Assembly (NCBI GenBank): GCA_028873925.1
Contig: JAPPNA010000162.1
Coordinates: 2,345-66,344 of the forward strand
DNA length: 64,000 bases
Direction: 5' to 3'
Source of the DNA: Bacteroidota bacterium
Lineage (GTDB): Bacteria; Bacteroidota; Rhodothermia; Rhodothermales; Bin80
This document shows, one piece after another, positions 11,058 through 20,650 of the stretch. Both the position numbers and the translations under genes were made by a program. Each line of letters starts with the position of its first letter. Position 1 is the first letter of the stretch. The notes under the pieces were generated by a model. That model was not told where the DNA came from, did not search any database, and worked only from the letters and a program-made list of their open reading frames with translations.

Positions 11058-11696
11058 ATGCCGATGCGCGCACTGGTACTGGCAGGCGGGTTGCTGACGA
11101 TGTCAACAATCTGCCCAGCCCAGAACACGGAAGATCTGGAGGCCTTGTTCTGGGCACGCCAGGACAGCGTGATTGACCGGTTCTCTGAAGCGGATGTGGC
11201 GTTTATGACCGGCATGATCGGACATCACGCCCAAGCGCTGATCATGTCCCGGCTGGCACCCGAAAACGGAGCGAGTCCGGCCGTACAGACGCTGGCAGCC
11301 CGAATCATCAACGCGCAGAATGACGAAATCAGGATCATGCAGCGGTGGCTGGAAGACCGCGGTCAGTCGGTGCCGCAGGTCCACATTGAGGGTCTCAATC
11401 TGATGATTCATACCAATGGGCATCATGATGGGCATCACGATATGCCCGGAATGCTGACCATGGAACAGCTGCAGGAATTGGAACAGGCTCAGGGAGCAGA
11501 CTTTGACCGGCTGTTTTTGCGGTACATGATCCAGCATCATCGGGGAGCCGTAACCATGGTTCGTGACCTCCTGGCTACCGATGGGGCCGTACGGCATGAT
11601 GCCACCTACAAACTGGCCACCGATATTCATGTGGACCAGATTACTGAAATCGAACGTATGCAGCAGATGCTTGCTGCGACGATCACCGGCCAATAG
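11058..11696 (+). CDS. DUF305 (ferritin-like) secreted protein
   Basis: ADVAFMTGMIGHHAQA, MPGMLT, FDRLFLRYMIQHHRGAVTM, DQITEIERM. Confidence 0.9.
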   Translation: MPMRALVLAGGLLTMSTICPAQNTEDLEALFWARQDSVIDRFSEADVAFMTGMIGHHAQALIMSRLAPENGASPAVQTLAARIINAQNDEIRIMQRWLEDRGQSVPQVHIEGLNLMIHTNGHHDGHHDMPGMLTMEQLQELEQAQGADFDRLFLRYMIQHHRGAVTMVRDLLATDGAVRHDATYKLATDIHVDQITEIERMQQMLAATITGQ

Positions 11697-11728
11697 GCCA
11701 ATCTTTACCCCCTAACGCAATATTTGGA

Positions 11729-13600
11729 TTGAAAATGCGATTCGTACGCGGAGCATTCGCGGTCATGCTGATGGCCGCAATCGGGCACACAGCTGTGGCC
11801 CAACAGCAGATGGTGCATGACGACCCCCGTGTCGGCCTGGAAGCGGGCCTGTTTGATGCGGGAGAAGTCATGTGGAACATGCGCAAAGTGGCAACGGTGC
11901 AGCCGCCGGAGCAGTTTATCGGTGTCACCAACAGCGATCTGGCCTTCCAGGGTGATCTGGTTTTTCAGGGCAACTACAACGGGATCATTATCTGGGACAT
12001 CTCGGATCCCGGTGATCCCCAGATCGTGGCGGATTACCTCTGCCCGGCCTCACAGAGTGACGTATCAGTGTACGGACATCTGATGTTCGTCTCCGGCGAA
12101 GGATTCGGCGGCCGGCTGGACTGCGGTACCGAAGGGGTGGAAGAGGCCATCAGTCACGACCGTCTGCGGGGAATCCGAATCTTTGATATTTCTGATGTCA
12201 CTGATCCCCAGTATGTACATAATGTGCAGACCTGCCGGGGCTCCCATACACACTCGCTGCTCAAGGACCCCGACGATGACGAGAACGTCTACATCTATGT
12301 GTCCGGCTCCGCGCCGGTCCGTCCGGCTGAAGAGCTGCCCGGTTGTTCATCCATGCATCCGTCTGAGGATGAAGGATCGGCTCTTTTCCGGATTGAAGTG
12401 ATCAAAGTGCCGCTGGCGGATCCGACGCAGGCCGCTATCGTGAGTTCGCCGCGCATCTTTGAAGACTTGGAGGCACCGCCGACCCATGGCCCTACCGAAG
12501 CCGAAAGAGCGCAGATGGCCAAGGCCATTGAGGAGGGTGCTTTTGTCGCGCAGATCTTCGGCCAGCCCCAGATCTTGCCGGATCAGTTTGCTTTCGTATT
12601 GATGGCGAACTTCTTTGAGGCCGAAGGCATCACCGAGCCGACCGCCGCTGATACCACTCTTTTCCGGGATAACCTGAGCAGATTAGTGATGGAGTATATC
12701 GGGGCGGCCAGCGGTGATGCGGAGCGCAGGAACGAAGGGCCGAATCAGTGTCACGACATCACGCTGTACCCTGAAATAGGTCTCGCCGGCGGTGCCTGTG
12801 AGGGCTACGGCATGCTATTGGACATTCGGGATCCCATCAACCCGGTTCGGATCGATGCCGTAGCGGACAGCAATTTCTCGTACTGGCACTCCGCCACCTT
12901 CAGCAATGACGGAAGCAAAGTGCTCTTTACTGACGAGTGGGGCGGCGGCGGCGGTCCCAAATGTCGCGCCACAGACCCGATGGAATGGGGGGCCAATGCG
13001 TATTTCACCATCGGTGAAGATCAGACGATGGACTTCAAGAGCTACTATAAGCTTCCGGTGCCGCAGACGGACGAGGAAAACTGCGTCGCCCATAACGGAT
13101 CCCTGATTCCGATTCCCGGTCGGGATATTTTTGTGCAGGCCTGGTATCAGGGGGGCATTTCCATTACGGACTGGACCGATCCCAGCAATGTGATGGAGAT
13201 CGCTTATCACGACCGCGGCCCGGTCAATGCTGAGCGCATGGCGATGGGGGGAAGCTGGTCAGTGTACTGGTATAACGGGCTGATTATCAGCAGTGAGATT
13301 GCCCGCGGGCTGGACATTTTTGAGCTGGTTCCCAGTGAGCATCTGACCGCGAATGAGATCGCCGCAGCGAACACGGTGCAGTTGCACGAGCTCAATGCGC
13401 AGGGCCAGCCCATGTTCACCTGGCCTCAAAGTTTTGCGCTGGCACGTGCGCATCTGGATCAGGCCGAGCGGAATGGCTCAATGCCATCGGATCAGATTGA
13501 ACAGCTCCGAGCGCAGCTCAACGAGGCGGAATCCAACAGTGATGCCGTAAGGGATGTCCTCAATCAATTCTCCCCGCCAAGTGTGCGCGAGTCCAATTAA
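11729..13600 (+). CDS. LVIVD-repeat beta-propeller secreted protein
   Basis: Signal peptide; NSDLAFQG, VQTCRGSHTH, CHDIT, YWHSATF, ENCVAHNGS, WYQGG. Adjacent to the DUF305 gene. Confidence 0.85.
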   Translation: MKMRFVRGAFAVMLMAAIGHTAVAQQQMVHDDPRVGLEAGLFDAGEVMWNMRKVATVQPPEQFIGVTNSDLAFQGDLVFQGNYNGIIIWDISDPGDPQIVADYLCPASQSDVSVYGHLMFVSGEGFGGRLDCGTEGVEEAISHDRLRGIRIFDISDVTDPQYVHNVQTCRGSHTHSLLKDPDDDENVYIYVSGSAPVRPAEELPGCSSMHPSEDEGSALFRIEVIKVPLADPTQAAIVSSPRIFEDLEAPPTHGPTEAERAQMAKAIEEGAFVAQIFGQPQILPDQFAFVLMANFFEAEGITEPTAADTTLFRDNLSRLVMEYIGAASGDAERRNEGPNQCHDITLYPEIGLAGGACEGYGMLLDIRDPINPVRIDAVADSNFSYWHSATFSNDGSKVLFTDEWGGGGGPKCRATDPMEWGANAYFTIGEDQTMDFKSYYKLPVPQTDEENCVAHNGSLIPIPGRDIFVQAWYQGGISITDWTDPSNVMEIAYHDRGPVNAERMAMGGSWSVYWYNGLIISSEIARGLDIFELVPSEHLTANEIAAANTVQLHELNAQGQPMFTWPQSFALARAHLDQAERNGSMPSDQIEQLRAQLNEAESNSDAVRDVLNQFSPPSVRESN

Positions 13601-13611
13601 GGCAGTAGATT

Positions 13612-13650
13612 AAGCGCCACAGGAGCTGTCTTCTGCGGCGCTTTTTCATT
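13612..13650 (+). terminator. Probable Rho-independent terminator
   Basis: AAGCGCCACAGGAG-ctgt-CTTCTGCGGCGCTT stem followed by a T-rich tail, just after the stop at 13600. Confidence 0.65.
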
Positions 13651-13668
13651 TTGCTACTGACTGTTGAC

Positions 13669-14946
13669 ATGGATTCAAATCAAGTGATACGGATCGGGCG
13701 GCTCAGCCTGATGATGTTTGTGCAGTATCTGATCTGGGGTGCCTGGGCACCCACGCTCGGCAATTACATGGGATCTATCGGCTTGGGGGATCAGATCTCG
13801 TTTGCCTATGCGCTTCACCCGATTGCCTGCATAATCGGCCCGTTCTTCCTGGGCATGGTTGCTGACCGGTTTTTTGACTCGGAAAAACTGCTCGGCATAC
13901 TGATGCTGATCGCAGGGGTCTCCATGCTCGCCATGCCGTATGCAGCGGGCACCGGCCTTTTCATTCCGCTGCTGGCTTTGCATGCGATCTGTTACTTCCC
14001 AACGCTGGGACTGACCGCTTCCCTCGCATTCCATCATCTGAAAGATCAGGAAAAGGAATTTCCCTGGGTGCGCGTATTCGGCACACTTGGCTGGGCGGCG
14101 ATCGGGCTCTTCATGGGCTATATACTCCAGGATGATGCTTCTACCACGCCGCTGTTTATCGGAGGCGGAGCTGCGGTGTTTCTGGGGCTGTACAGCTTTA
14201 CGCTGCCGTATACGCCACCGCCCTCCAGGGGACAGAGCACCAACTGGCGCCAGATTGTCGGGGTTGACGCGTTTGCGGCCCTTAGGGACCGGTCGTTTGT
14301 GGTCTTCCTGGTGGCGGCCATGCTGATATTCATCGCGTTCGGTACTTACTTCCCCTTTGCGCCGCGCTACTTTAGCGCCTTGCACGAAGGATTCTTTCAG
14401 GGAACGAATCTGTTTGCCAACCCGAGCGGCGAGATGGCCTGGGGGCAGGTGAGTGAAATCGTGTTCATGCTCCTGATCCCGTTCTTTTTCCGGCACCTGG
14501 GTGTCAAGTGGATGCTGCTGCTGGGAATGCTGGCCTGGGTTGCCCGTTTTGCCATATTTGCCGTTGGTGCCTCGGCGGGCATGTTTTACTTCGTGATGAT
14601 CGGGATTCTGATTCACGGAATCTGTTACGATTTCTTTTTCGTGACCGGCCAAATCTATATAGACAAGAAGACCGCACCCGAGGTGCGCGGTCAGGTACAG
14701 GGTCTGCTGGTGTTGCTGACGCAGGGGATCGGCTTTCTGCTGGGTACCCAGCTCTCCGGCTGGTATGTCAACACGCAGGGTCTCAACGGAACGCTGGAGC
14801 TGACCGGTTGGACAACGTTCTGGCTGCTGTTCGCCGGTGGAACGCTTGTGTTCTCGGTTGTGTTTGCTGTCCTATTCAATGATCGGGTGGCAGATTACAG
14901 GGCACCATCTGCCGATGACTCCACATCGCCACCCTCATACGACTGA
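13669..14946 (+). CDS. MFS nucleoside permease family (NupG/YegT-like)
   Basis: RLSLMMFVQYLIWGAW, GMVADRFF, FPWVRVFGTLGW, GQVSEIVFMLLIPFF, HGICYDFFFVTGQIYID. Confidence 0.9.
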   Translation: MDSNQVIRIGRLSLMMFVQYLIWGAWAPTLGNYMGSIGLGDQISFAYALHPIACIIGPFFLGMVADRFFDSEKLLGILMLIAGVSMLAMPYAAGTGLFIPLLALHAICYFPTLGLTASLAFHHLKDQEKEFPWVRVFGTLGWAAIGLFMGYILQDDASTTPLFIGGGAAVFLGLYSFTLPYTPPPSRGQSTNWRQIVGVDAFAALRDRSFVVFLVAAMLIFIAFGTYFPFAPRYFSALHEGFFQGTNLFANPSGEMAWGQVSEIVFMLLIPFFFRHLGVKWMLLLGMLAWVARFAIFAVGASAGMFYFVMIGILIHGICYDFFFVTGQIYIDKKTAPEVRGQVQGLLVLLTQGIGFLLGTQLSGWYVNTQGLNGTLELTGWTTFWLLFAGGTLVFSVVFAVLFNDRVADYRAPSADDSTSPPSYD

Positions 14947-14957
14947 ACCAATCCCTA

Positions 14958-15674
14958 ATGCGGAAAGAAATCTTGGTAGTAATGATGGGGCTGGGAGTTC
15001 TGCTTGCGGCCTGTCAGACGGGTGATGAAGCTGCGACGGAAAGCGAACCTGAAATGATCCTTTCGGATGGCTGGCAGGTCCTCGGCGTGGATCAGTGGCG
15101 CCGGTACAACGGGGAAGGGCTGCCGGAAGCCTGGGCGGTTGAGGCGGATGGTACGCTGCACTTCACCGGCGAAGGCGTTGGGGGCGATATTGTAACGCTT
15201 GAACAGTACGACAATTTTGAGCTGGAGTTGGAGTGGAAGATATCCCCCGGTGGCAACAGCGGCATCATGTTCAGGGTCAGTGAGGCCCACGATTATCCCT
15301 GGCGTACCGGGCCGGAGTACCAGATTCTTGACAACGGCGCGCATCCTGACGCGCTGGAAGGCGAAGACCGGCATGCCGGTGCCAATTACGATATGCATGC
15401 ACCTTCGGAATCAGCCGTCAGACCGGTCGGAGAGTGGAATAAGGCGCGTATCGTGGTAAACGGGGCGTTGGTGGAACACTGGCTCAACGATGTCAGGATT
15501 GTTTCCTACGAGTTGTGGAATGACGACTGGGAGGCCATGATTGCCGCTTCCAAGTGGATTGATATGCCGGATTACGGACGGGAAGTTACCGGCCACATCT
15601 GCCTACAGGATCACAGTGACCCCGTGTGGTTCCGCAATATCCGGATCCGCCTGCTGGAGGTGGCTGACGCTTAG
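14958..15674 (+). CDS. DUF1080 (3-keto-disaccharide hydrolase-like) lipoprotein
   Basis: Lipobox LAAC; YDNFELELEWKISPGGNSGI, GPEYQILD, GEWN, GHICLQDH, VWFRNIRIR. Confidence 0.92.
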   Translation: MRKEILVVMMGLGVLLAACQTGDEAATESEPEMILSDGWQVLGVDQWRRYNGEGLPEAWAVEADGTLHFTGEGVGGDIVTLEQYDNFELELEWKISPGGNSGIMFRVSEAHDYPWRTGPEYQILDNGAHPDALEGEDRHAGANYDMHAPSESAVRPVGEWNKARIVVNGALVEHWLNDVRIVSYELWNDDWEAMIAASKWIDMPDYGREVTGHICLQDHSDPVWFRNIRIRLLEVADA

Positions 15675-15778
15675 GCTCAGCCTTTACTGGCAGGTGCGGC
15701 TCGCCGAACCGGCATTTACAGGTCCGTAGCATAATCGCTCCCGGCACCTCTGCCGGGAGCTTCAGCAGCGGACATCTA

Positions 15779-17665
15779 TTGGTTAAAGCCAATCTAAAAT
15801 CATTCATGCAAGACACCATTTATTCAGCCGTATTCGTTGATTTTGACAACATATTCCTGGGGTTGACCCGAACCAAGGGAGCCGCTTCGGCCCATTCGTT
15901 CGCCTCGGACCCGGGAGGCTGGCTGAGCTGGCTCACCCGGTACACGGGATCCGAGGGAGATTCGGACGAGAAGGCCAGTTCCTGGCTGAGCTGGCTCAGT
16001 TTGAACCGAAGCAGGACTTCTCCACCGGATTCCGTAGGGGTTCGTGAGATTATTGTGCGCCGGTGCTACCTCAATCCGACTTCCTTCTGGCGTTACCGCC
16101 AGCCGTTTGCGCAAGCCGGATTTGAAGTTGTTGACTGTCCGTCTCTGACCCAGAAGAACAAGAGCGGTGCAGATATCCGTATTGTATTGGACATCATGGA
16201 TCTTCTGCAGCAGCGTGATCCGTTGATCAATGAATTCATCATCATGTCCGGGGATGCGGACTTTACGCCTGTGGTGCTTCGCCTTCGTCAGCGGGGACGT
16301 CGGATCATGGTGATGATGACTCGAAACGCCGCGAATGCTTATCTCGCGGCCGCGAACGCGGTCATCGACTCGGACGAGTTTGAGTCCAAAGCATTGAGTG
16401 ATGTACCGATGCCGGAACCTAAGGCGGTCCCGGTCCAAAAGCCTGCAGAGGACCACGCCGACAAGGATCTAAGTGCGGTGGATGTGCTGATCAAATCTGA
16501 GCTGGTTGAATCAGCCTCCCCTGTTCGGGGGGCCGTTGTGGCGCAGCAGATTGCTAACCGATTTGATACTTCTGACTGGTTCGGCTATGGGAGCTTCAGG
16601 TCCTTTATTGAAGTCCGACTCAAGCCGATGGGATTCAAATACGCGGTGCAGGGCACCCGCGATTACATTTATGATCCGACCCGACATGCAAATCCATTCC
16701 GGGAATTGTCCAAACCTGCGACACGTACGAATCGGAGTTCCAGTCTGCTTCCACGCATTGATGCCTTTATTGCGGACACTGTTTCCGAGTCCGCTTCAGG
16801 TATGGTTGGCGGCGGGAAGATGGCCAAACTGCTGCGGGACCGATTCGGCTCCGGTTGGTACGGCTACGATTCATTCAAGGACTTTATCAACGCGCGCGCG
16901 GCGGAATTGGGACTGGAATTCCATGTTGCGGGGAGCCTCAATCAGGTCTTCGACCCCAATCGCTACAATCCTGCTGATGGCAACGGCCAGGGCACGGATG
17001 CAGGTGCGCAGTTTGAGGTCGCCGAAGTGGACCGGTGCATAACAGAGGCTCTGGGCAGATCCGAAACCCCCATTCTTGGCGTTCGGATGGCGCAGATTAT
17101 TCAGGGCGAATTTGATACCGATGACTGGTTCGGATACGGGAAATTCAAGATTTTCCTTACCGATCGCGCCCAAAACCTCCAACTGACCTACATAACGACC
17201 GAAGATGGCCGCACCTGGATATTCGATCCGGCCCGCCATGAAGATCCGAGGTCAAAAGCCGTTCCTCACCTGCTTAGCGAAGAGAAGCACTCCGAACTGG
17301 TGGCGCTGGTGACCCCCGTTGCCGAGGCCTCGGGACTACCGCTGTTCAGCGTAGCAGTGTACAGAAAACTCTTCCGCATTATGGCCGAGGAATACAAGAA
17401 AGACGGATACGAATACGGGCGCATGGTGCAGTCGGTAAGCGGGCGGTTGAATGCGGAACTGATTCCAGTAACAGATTTTGAGGTGAGCTGGATCTTGGAC
17501 GCGCTGGAGCAGGTCGGCTTTTCATTTGCCAATCCCAATCAGGTTACCGCTGGCAACCTGTCCTTCTACTACCACTATTATGTCAGTGAGGATGTCAAGG
17601 CCCGGTGGGGCAGCCTTAATGAAGATCAGGAGGAACTGCTCCGATTCTGGCTGCGCACCGGGTAG
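15779..17665 (+). CDS. NYN-domain RNase with three OST-HTH/LOTUS-like repeats
   Basis: NYN motifs FVDFDNI, KSGADIRIVLD, MSGDADFTP. Three ~75-aa repeats with W(F/Y)GY..F..F and DP.R. Start may instead be ATG 15806. Confidence 0.85.
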   Translation: MVKANLKSFMQDTIYSAVFVDFDNIFLGLTRTKGAASAHSFASDPGGWLSWLTRYTGSEGDSDEKASSWLSWLSLNRSRTSPPDSVGVREIIVRRCYLNPTSFWRYRQPFAQAGFEVVDCPSLTQKNKSGADIRIVLDIMDLLQQRDPLINEFIIMSGDADFTPVVLRLRQRGRRIMVMMTRNAANAYLAAANAVIDSDEFESKALSDVPMPEPKAVPVQKPAEDHADKDLSAVDVLIKSELVESASPVRGAVVAQQIANRFDTSDWFGYGSFRSFIEVRLKPMGFKYAVQGTRDYIYDPTRHANPFRELSKPATRTNRSSSLLPRIDAFIADTVSESASGMVGGGKMAKLLRDRFGSGWYGYDSFKDFINARAAELGLEFHVAGSLNQVFDPNRYNPADGNGQGTDAGAQFEVAEVDRCITEALGRSETPILGVRMAQIIQGEFDTDDWFGYGKFKIFLTDRAQNLQLTYITTEDGRTWIFDPARHEDPRSKAVPHLLSEEKHSELVALVTPVAEASGLPLFSVAVYRKLFRIMAEEYKKDGYEYGRMVQSVSGRLNAELIPVTDFEVSWILDALEQVGFSFANPNQVTAGNLSFYYHYYVSEDVKARWGSLNEDQEELLRFWLRTG

Positions 17666-17672
17666 GCCGGGT

Positions 17673-19817
17673 TCACCGTGCGGGGAGGGCAAAAGCCAGA
17701 TAGGTGTCGCCTGATCGGGTCCCCATCTTGCCGCCGCCGGCGGCAATGACTACATACTGGCGGCCGTCCACCGCGTAGGTCGCCGGTGTCGCATATCCGC
17801 CTGCGGGCAGATGTGCTTCCCAGAGAACAGTTCCGGTATCTTTGTCAAAGGCGCGTAACCGTTCATCCTGGGAGGCCGCAATAAACAGCAACCCGCCGGC
17901 GGTCACCACCGGACCGCCATAATTCTCTGTCCCGGTCGGCGGAATCCCGCGCTCCGTCAGCTCCGCAAATTCACCCAGCGGCACCGTCCACTCGTACTCA
18001 CCGGTGTTGAGATTGATGGCATTGAGGGTACCCCACGGCGGCTTTACGGCCGGATAGCCATCCTGGTCAAAAAACCGATTGTACCCGGTATGACCATACG
18101 GCGAACCGGCAAAGGACTCGCTCATTCGGGCGGCATCTTCACTATCGGGGGTAGCGGCAGCTTCCATAGTCTCCCCAAACAGGAATCCGACCAGGGCCGA
18201 CACTTCCGCCTCATTCAGGAAGCCGAAGGATGGCATAAATCCGGTGCCGCGCATAATCTGCGAGCGCACCTCATCCATGGTAAATCGGGCACCGAGTCCG
18301 GCCAGCGCAGGCATGGACTGATCGGAACTGCCCTCCAGCGCCGCGCCGTGGCACCCCGCGCAGTAGCGGGCATAGAGACCATCACCCGACGAGGCATTGT
18401 CAGGATTGAGCTCGACCATGGTGAGAATCCACGGCATTTCGTTGCTGTTGACATAGAGAATGCCGGTGGTTGGATCATAGCCTGCACCGCCCCATTCCGC
18501 ACCGCCATCGAAGCCTGGAAAGATCATCGTACCCTGTGTACTCGGCGGCACGAACTGGCCGTTGGAGCGCGTGGTTTTGAATCGCTCCAGCACATAGGCA
18601 TGAGACTCCGGCGAGAGGTCGGTAATGTCTTCTTCATCAAACTGCTGCCGGGCAAAGGGTGCCGGTTTGAGCGGGAGGATCTGGGTGGGCCAGGCTTCTT
18701 CACCACGCAGGTCTGATGCGGGGAATGACCGCTCTTCCACTGGAAACAGCGGCTCACCGGTCTCCCGGTCCAGCAGAAAAACATGCCCGCTCTTGGTAAC
18801 CTGGGCAACCGCATCAACCTGCTCACCATCATGTTCCACCGTGACGAGATTCGGCGGCGCGGGCAGATCCCGATCCCAGATGTCATGGCGCACGATCTGA
18901 TAGTGCCAGATGCGTTCTCCGGTCAGCGCATTCAAGGCGAGCACGGAATTGGCGAACAGATTTTCTCCGATACGATTGCCGCCCCAAAAGTCAAATGCTG
19001 CCGAACCGGTGGGCAGATACACGATACCGCGCACTACATCAAGGCTCAGCCCTGTCCATGCGTTGGCCCCGCCGCTGTACGTGTACGCTTCTGGGGGCCA
19101 TGTTTCGTAGCCGAATTCTCCGGGGTGGGGGATCGTGTGGAATATCCATTCAATATCACCTGTGCGCAGGTCGTACGCGCGGATATGTCCGGGCGCTGAA
19201 CGGATTCCTTCCGACAGTGAACTTCCCTGAATCAGCAGGTTTCGGTAGATGATACCCGGCGTGCGCGCGGTTACGGAGAGCCCCGTGACATCCCGGTCCA
19301 AGCCCAGCCGCAAATTCACAAATCCCTCTTCCCCGAAGTCGGCTATCGGCATTCCGGTAGCCGCATCCAGCGCGAAAAGGCGCGCTCCGGCCACCATCAT
19401 GATTTGGGGCCGATGGGTGGCATCCCCTTCCCAGTAGGCAACGCCCCGATTGATGCCGGGGCCTTCCAGCACCGCTCCGGCTTCAAAAGGGTCAAAGGTC
19501 CAGATTTCCTCTCCTGTCGCCGCGTGCAGCGCAAAGACCGCCAGCCGGGGTGATGTCCCGTACAGCACGGTATCGACAACGATTGGGTTGCACTGGATTT
19601 GAGTGCGTCCAGAGGTGTCCGCATCGTTCGTACTGAACGTCCAGGCCAATTCCAGCTCAGCCACATTGCTGCGGTTGATGTTCTCCAAGGTGGAATAATG
19701 ACTGCTGGTAGGGTCCCCCAGATACACCGACCAGGACGTATAGGGATCGTCGGGCGGTGGGGTTGGACGCGGCTGGCAGGCAGCCATAAAAACAAACAGC
19801 AATAGTGGCCAGCGCAT
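17673..19817 (-). CDS. PQQ-dependent glucose dehydrogenase-like lipoprotein with internal cytochrome c domain
   Basis: PQQ propeller motifs (GHIRAYD, HYQIVRHDIWDRD, PPWGTLNAINL, GRQYVVIAAGG) and haem motif CAGCH. Confidence 0.9.
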   Translation of the reverse strand: MRWPLLLFVFMAACQPRPTPPPDDPYTSWSVYLGDPTSSHYSTLENINRSNVAELELAWTFSTNDADTSGRTQIQCNPIVVDTVLYGTSPRLAVFALHAATGEEIWTFDPFEAGAVLEGPGINRGVAYWEGDATHRPQIMMVAGARLFALDAATGMPIADFGEEGFVNLRLGLDRDVTGLSVTARTPGIIYRNLLIQGSSLSEGIRSAPGHIRAYDLRTGDIEWIFHTIPHPGEFGYETWPPEAYTYSGGANAWTGLSLDVVRGIVYLPTGSAAFDFWGGNRIGENLFANSVLALNALTGERIWHYQIVRHDIWDRDLPAPPNLVTVEHDGEQVDAVAQVTKSGHVFLLDRETGEPLFPVEERSFPASDLRGEEAWPTQILPLKPAPFARQQFDEEDITDLSPESHAYVLERFKTTRSNGQFVPPSTQGTMIFPGFDGGAEWGGAGYDPTTGILYVNSNEMPWILTMVELNPDNASSGDGLYARYCAGCHGAALEGSSDQSMPALAGLGARFTMDEVRSQIMRGTGFMPSFGFLNEAEVSALVGFLFGETMEAAATPDSEDAARMSESFAGSPYGHTGYNRFFDQDGYPAVKPPWGTLNAINLNTGEYEWTVPLGEFAELTERGIPPTGTENYGGPVVTAGGLLFIAASQDERLRAFDKDTGTVLWEAHLPAGGYATPATYAVDGRQYVVIAAGGGKMGTRSGDTYLAFALPAR

Positions 19818-20321
19818 GAGTAAACGGTTTTCACGGTGCCAATATAATCGTTCAACTCACATCGGTCCGTGCGAATCACCCAATCTGATACAGCCTTGAC
19901 CCAACAGACCGCTGAACAGGCCGGGAAAGCCAGTGCTTGAATCAATACTTCAATGCCAGCTCTTCATAGTGGCCGCGGATTCAGCTGCGCAAGCTGGCCA
20001 GCCCCACCATTGATTTTCCGCTTGGAGCCTGTAGCCGCCGCAGAAGATGGATTTGTCTGGAGCTGCGAGGCAGCAGCTCTGATTAAGGGCTTCTTGGAGG
20101 CGAGCTTGGTTCAAGATCATCCGGGGAAAGTCATGGAACGGTGCCCTAACCCTGGGCTTGGCAGAATTCTTCAGCGGATCTTACACGCCAAACCGAGTGG
20201 CGGTCCTGGCAATTCAGCAACAGCCCTTGGGCAGGGACAGATTCGGCAGTTCACACCGTCCTACACTATTGACCGATGAAGTACAAACCGATTGGGATCC
20301 TCTAATCTCTTGATATCCGGC

Positions 20322-20650
20322 TCACCTGCATCGGAAACACTTTGGCCAATTTTCCATCTTGGTGAGATCCGCAACCATCGTGGTCGTACCAGGTCGGTTC
20401 ATCCAATCCTTTCCATAACATGTCGGACGAAGCTTAGCGCGGCAAATGGCCATTTGAATTCGAAGTGCAGTAGGAGCCAGCATTACAAACGTTGGGTTGT
20501 AGAAACCCAGTCCGAGCCGATCATCAGACTGCCCCCACTGACGTAAGTCATTGAGAGCTTCAATTGGCCAGCTATTGCGGTCTACGACAATCCAAGCTCC
20601 ATCAATTGCTCCCAATGGTTCCTGCCCAAGATACTGGCGCATTTTGCTGA
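20322..20650 (-). pseudogene. RloB-like protein, C-terminal fragment (frameshifted)
   Basis: KMRQYLGQEPLGAIDGAWIVVDRNSW...GLGFYNPTF. Removing one base at 20485 restores the RloB signature NPTFECWLLLHFE. The 3' boundary is approximate. Confidence 0.75.

Noticed and set aside
19953-20279. 108-aa ORF next to the rloB remnant
   Set aside because: No recognisable similarity; it lies in degraded sequence.
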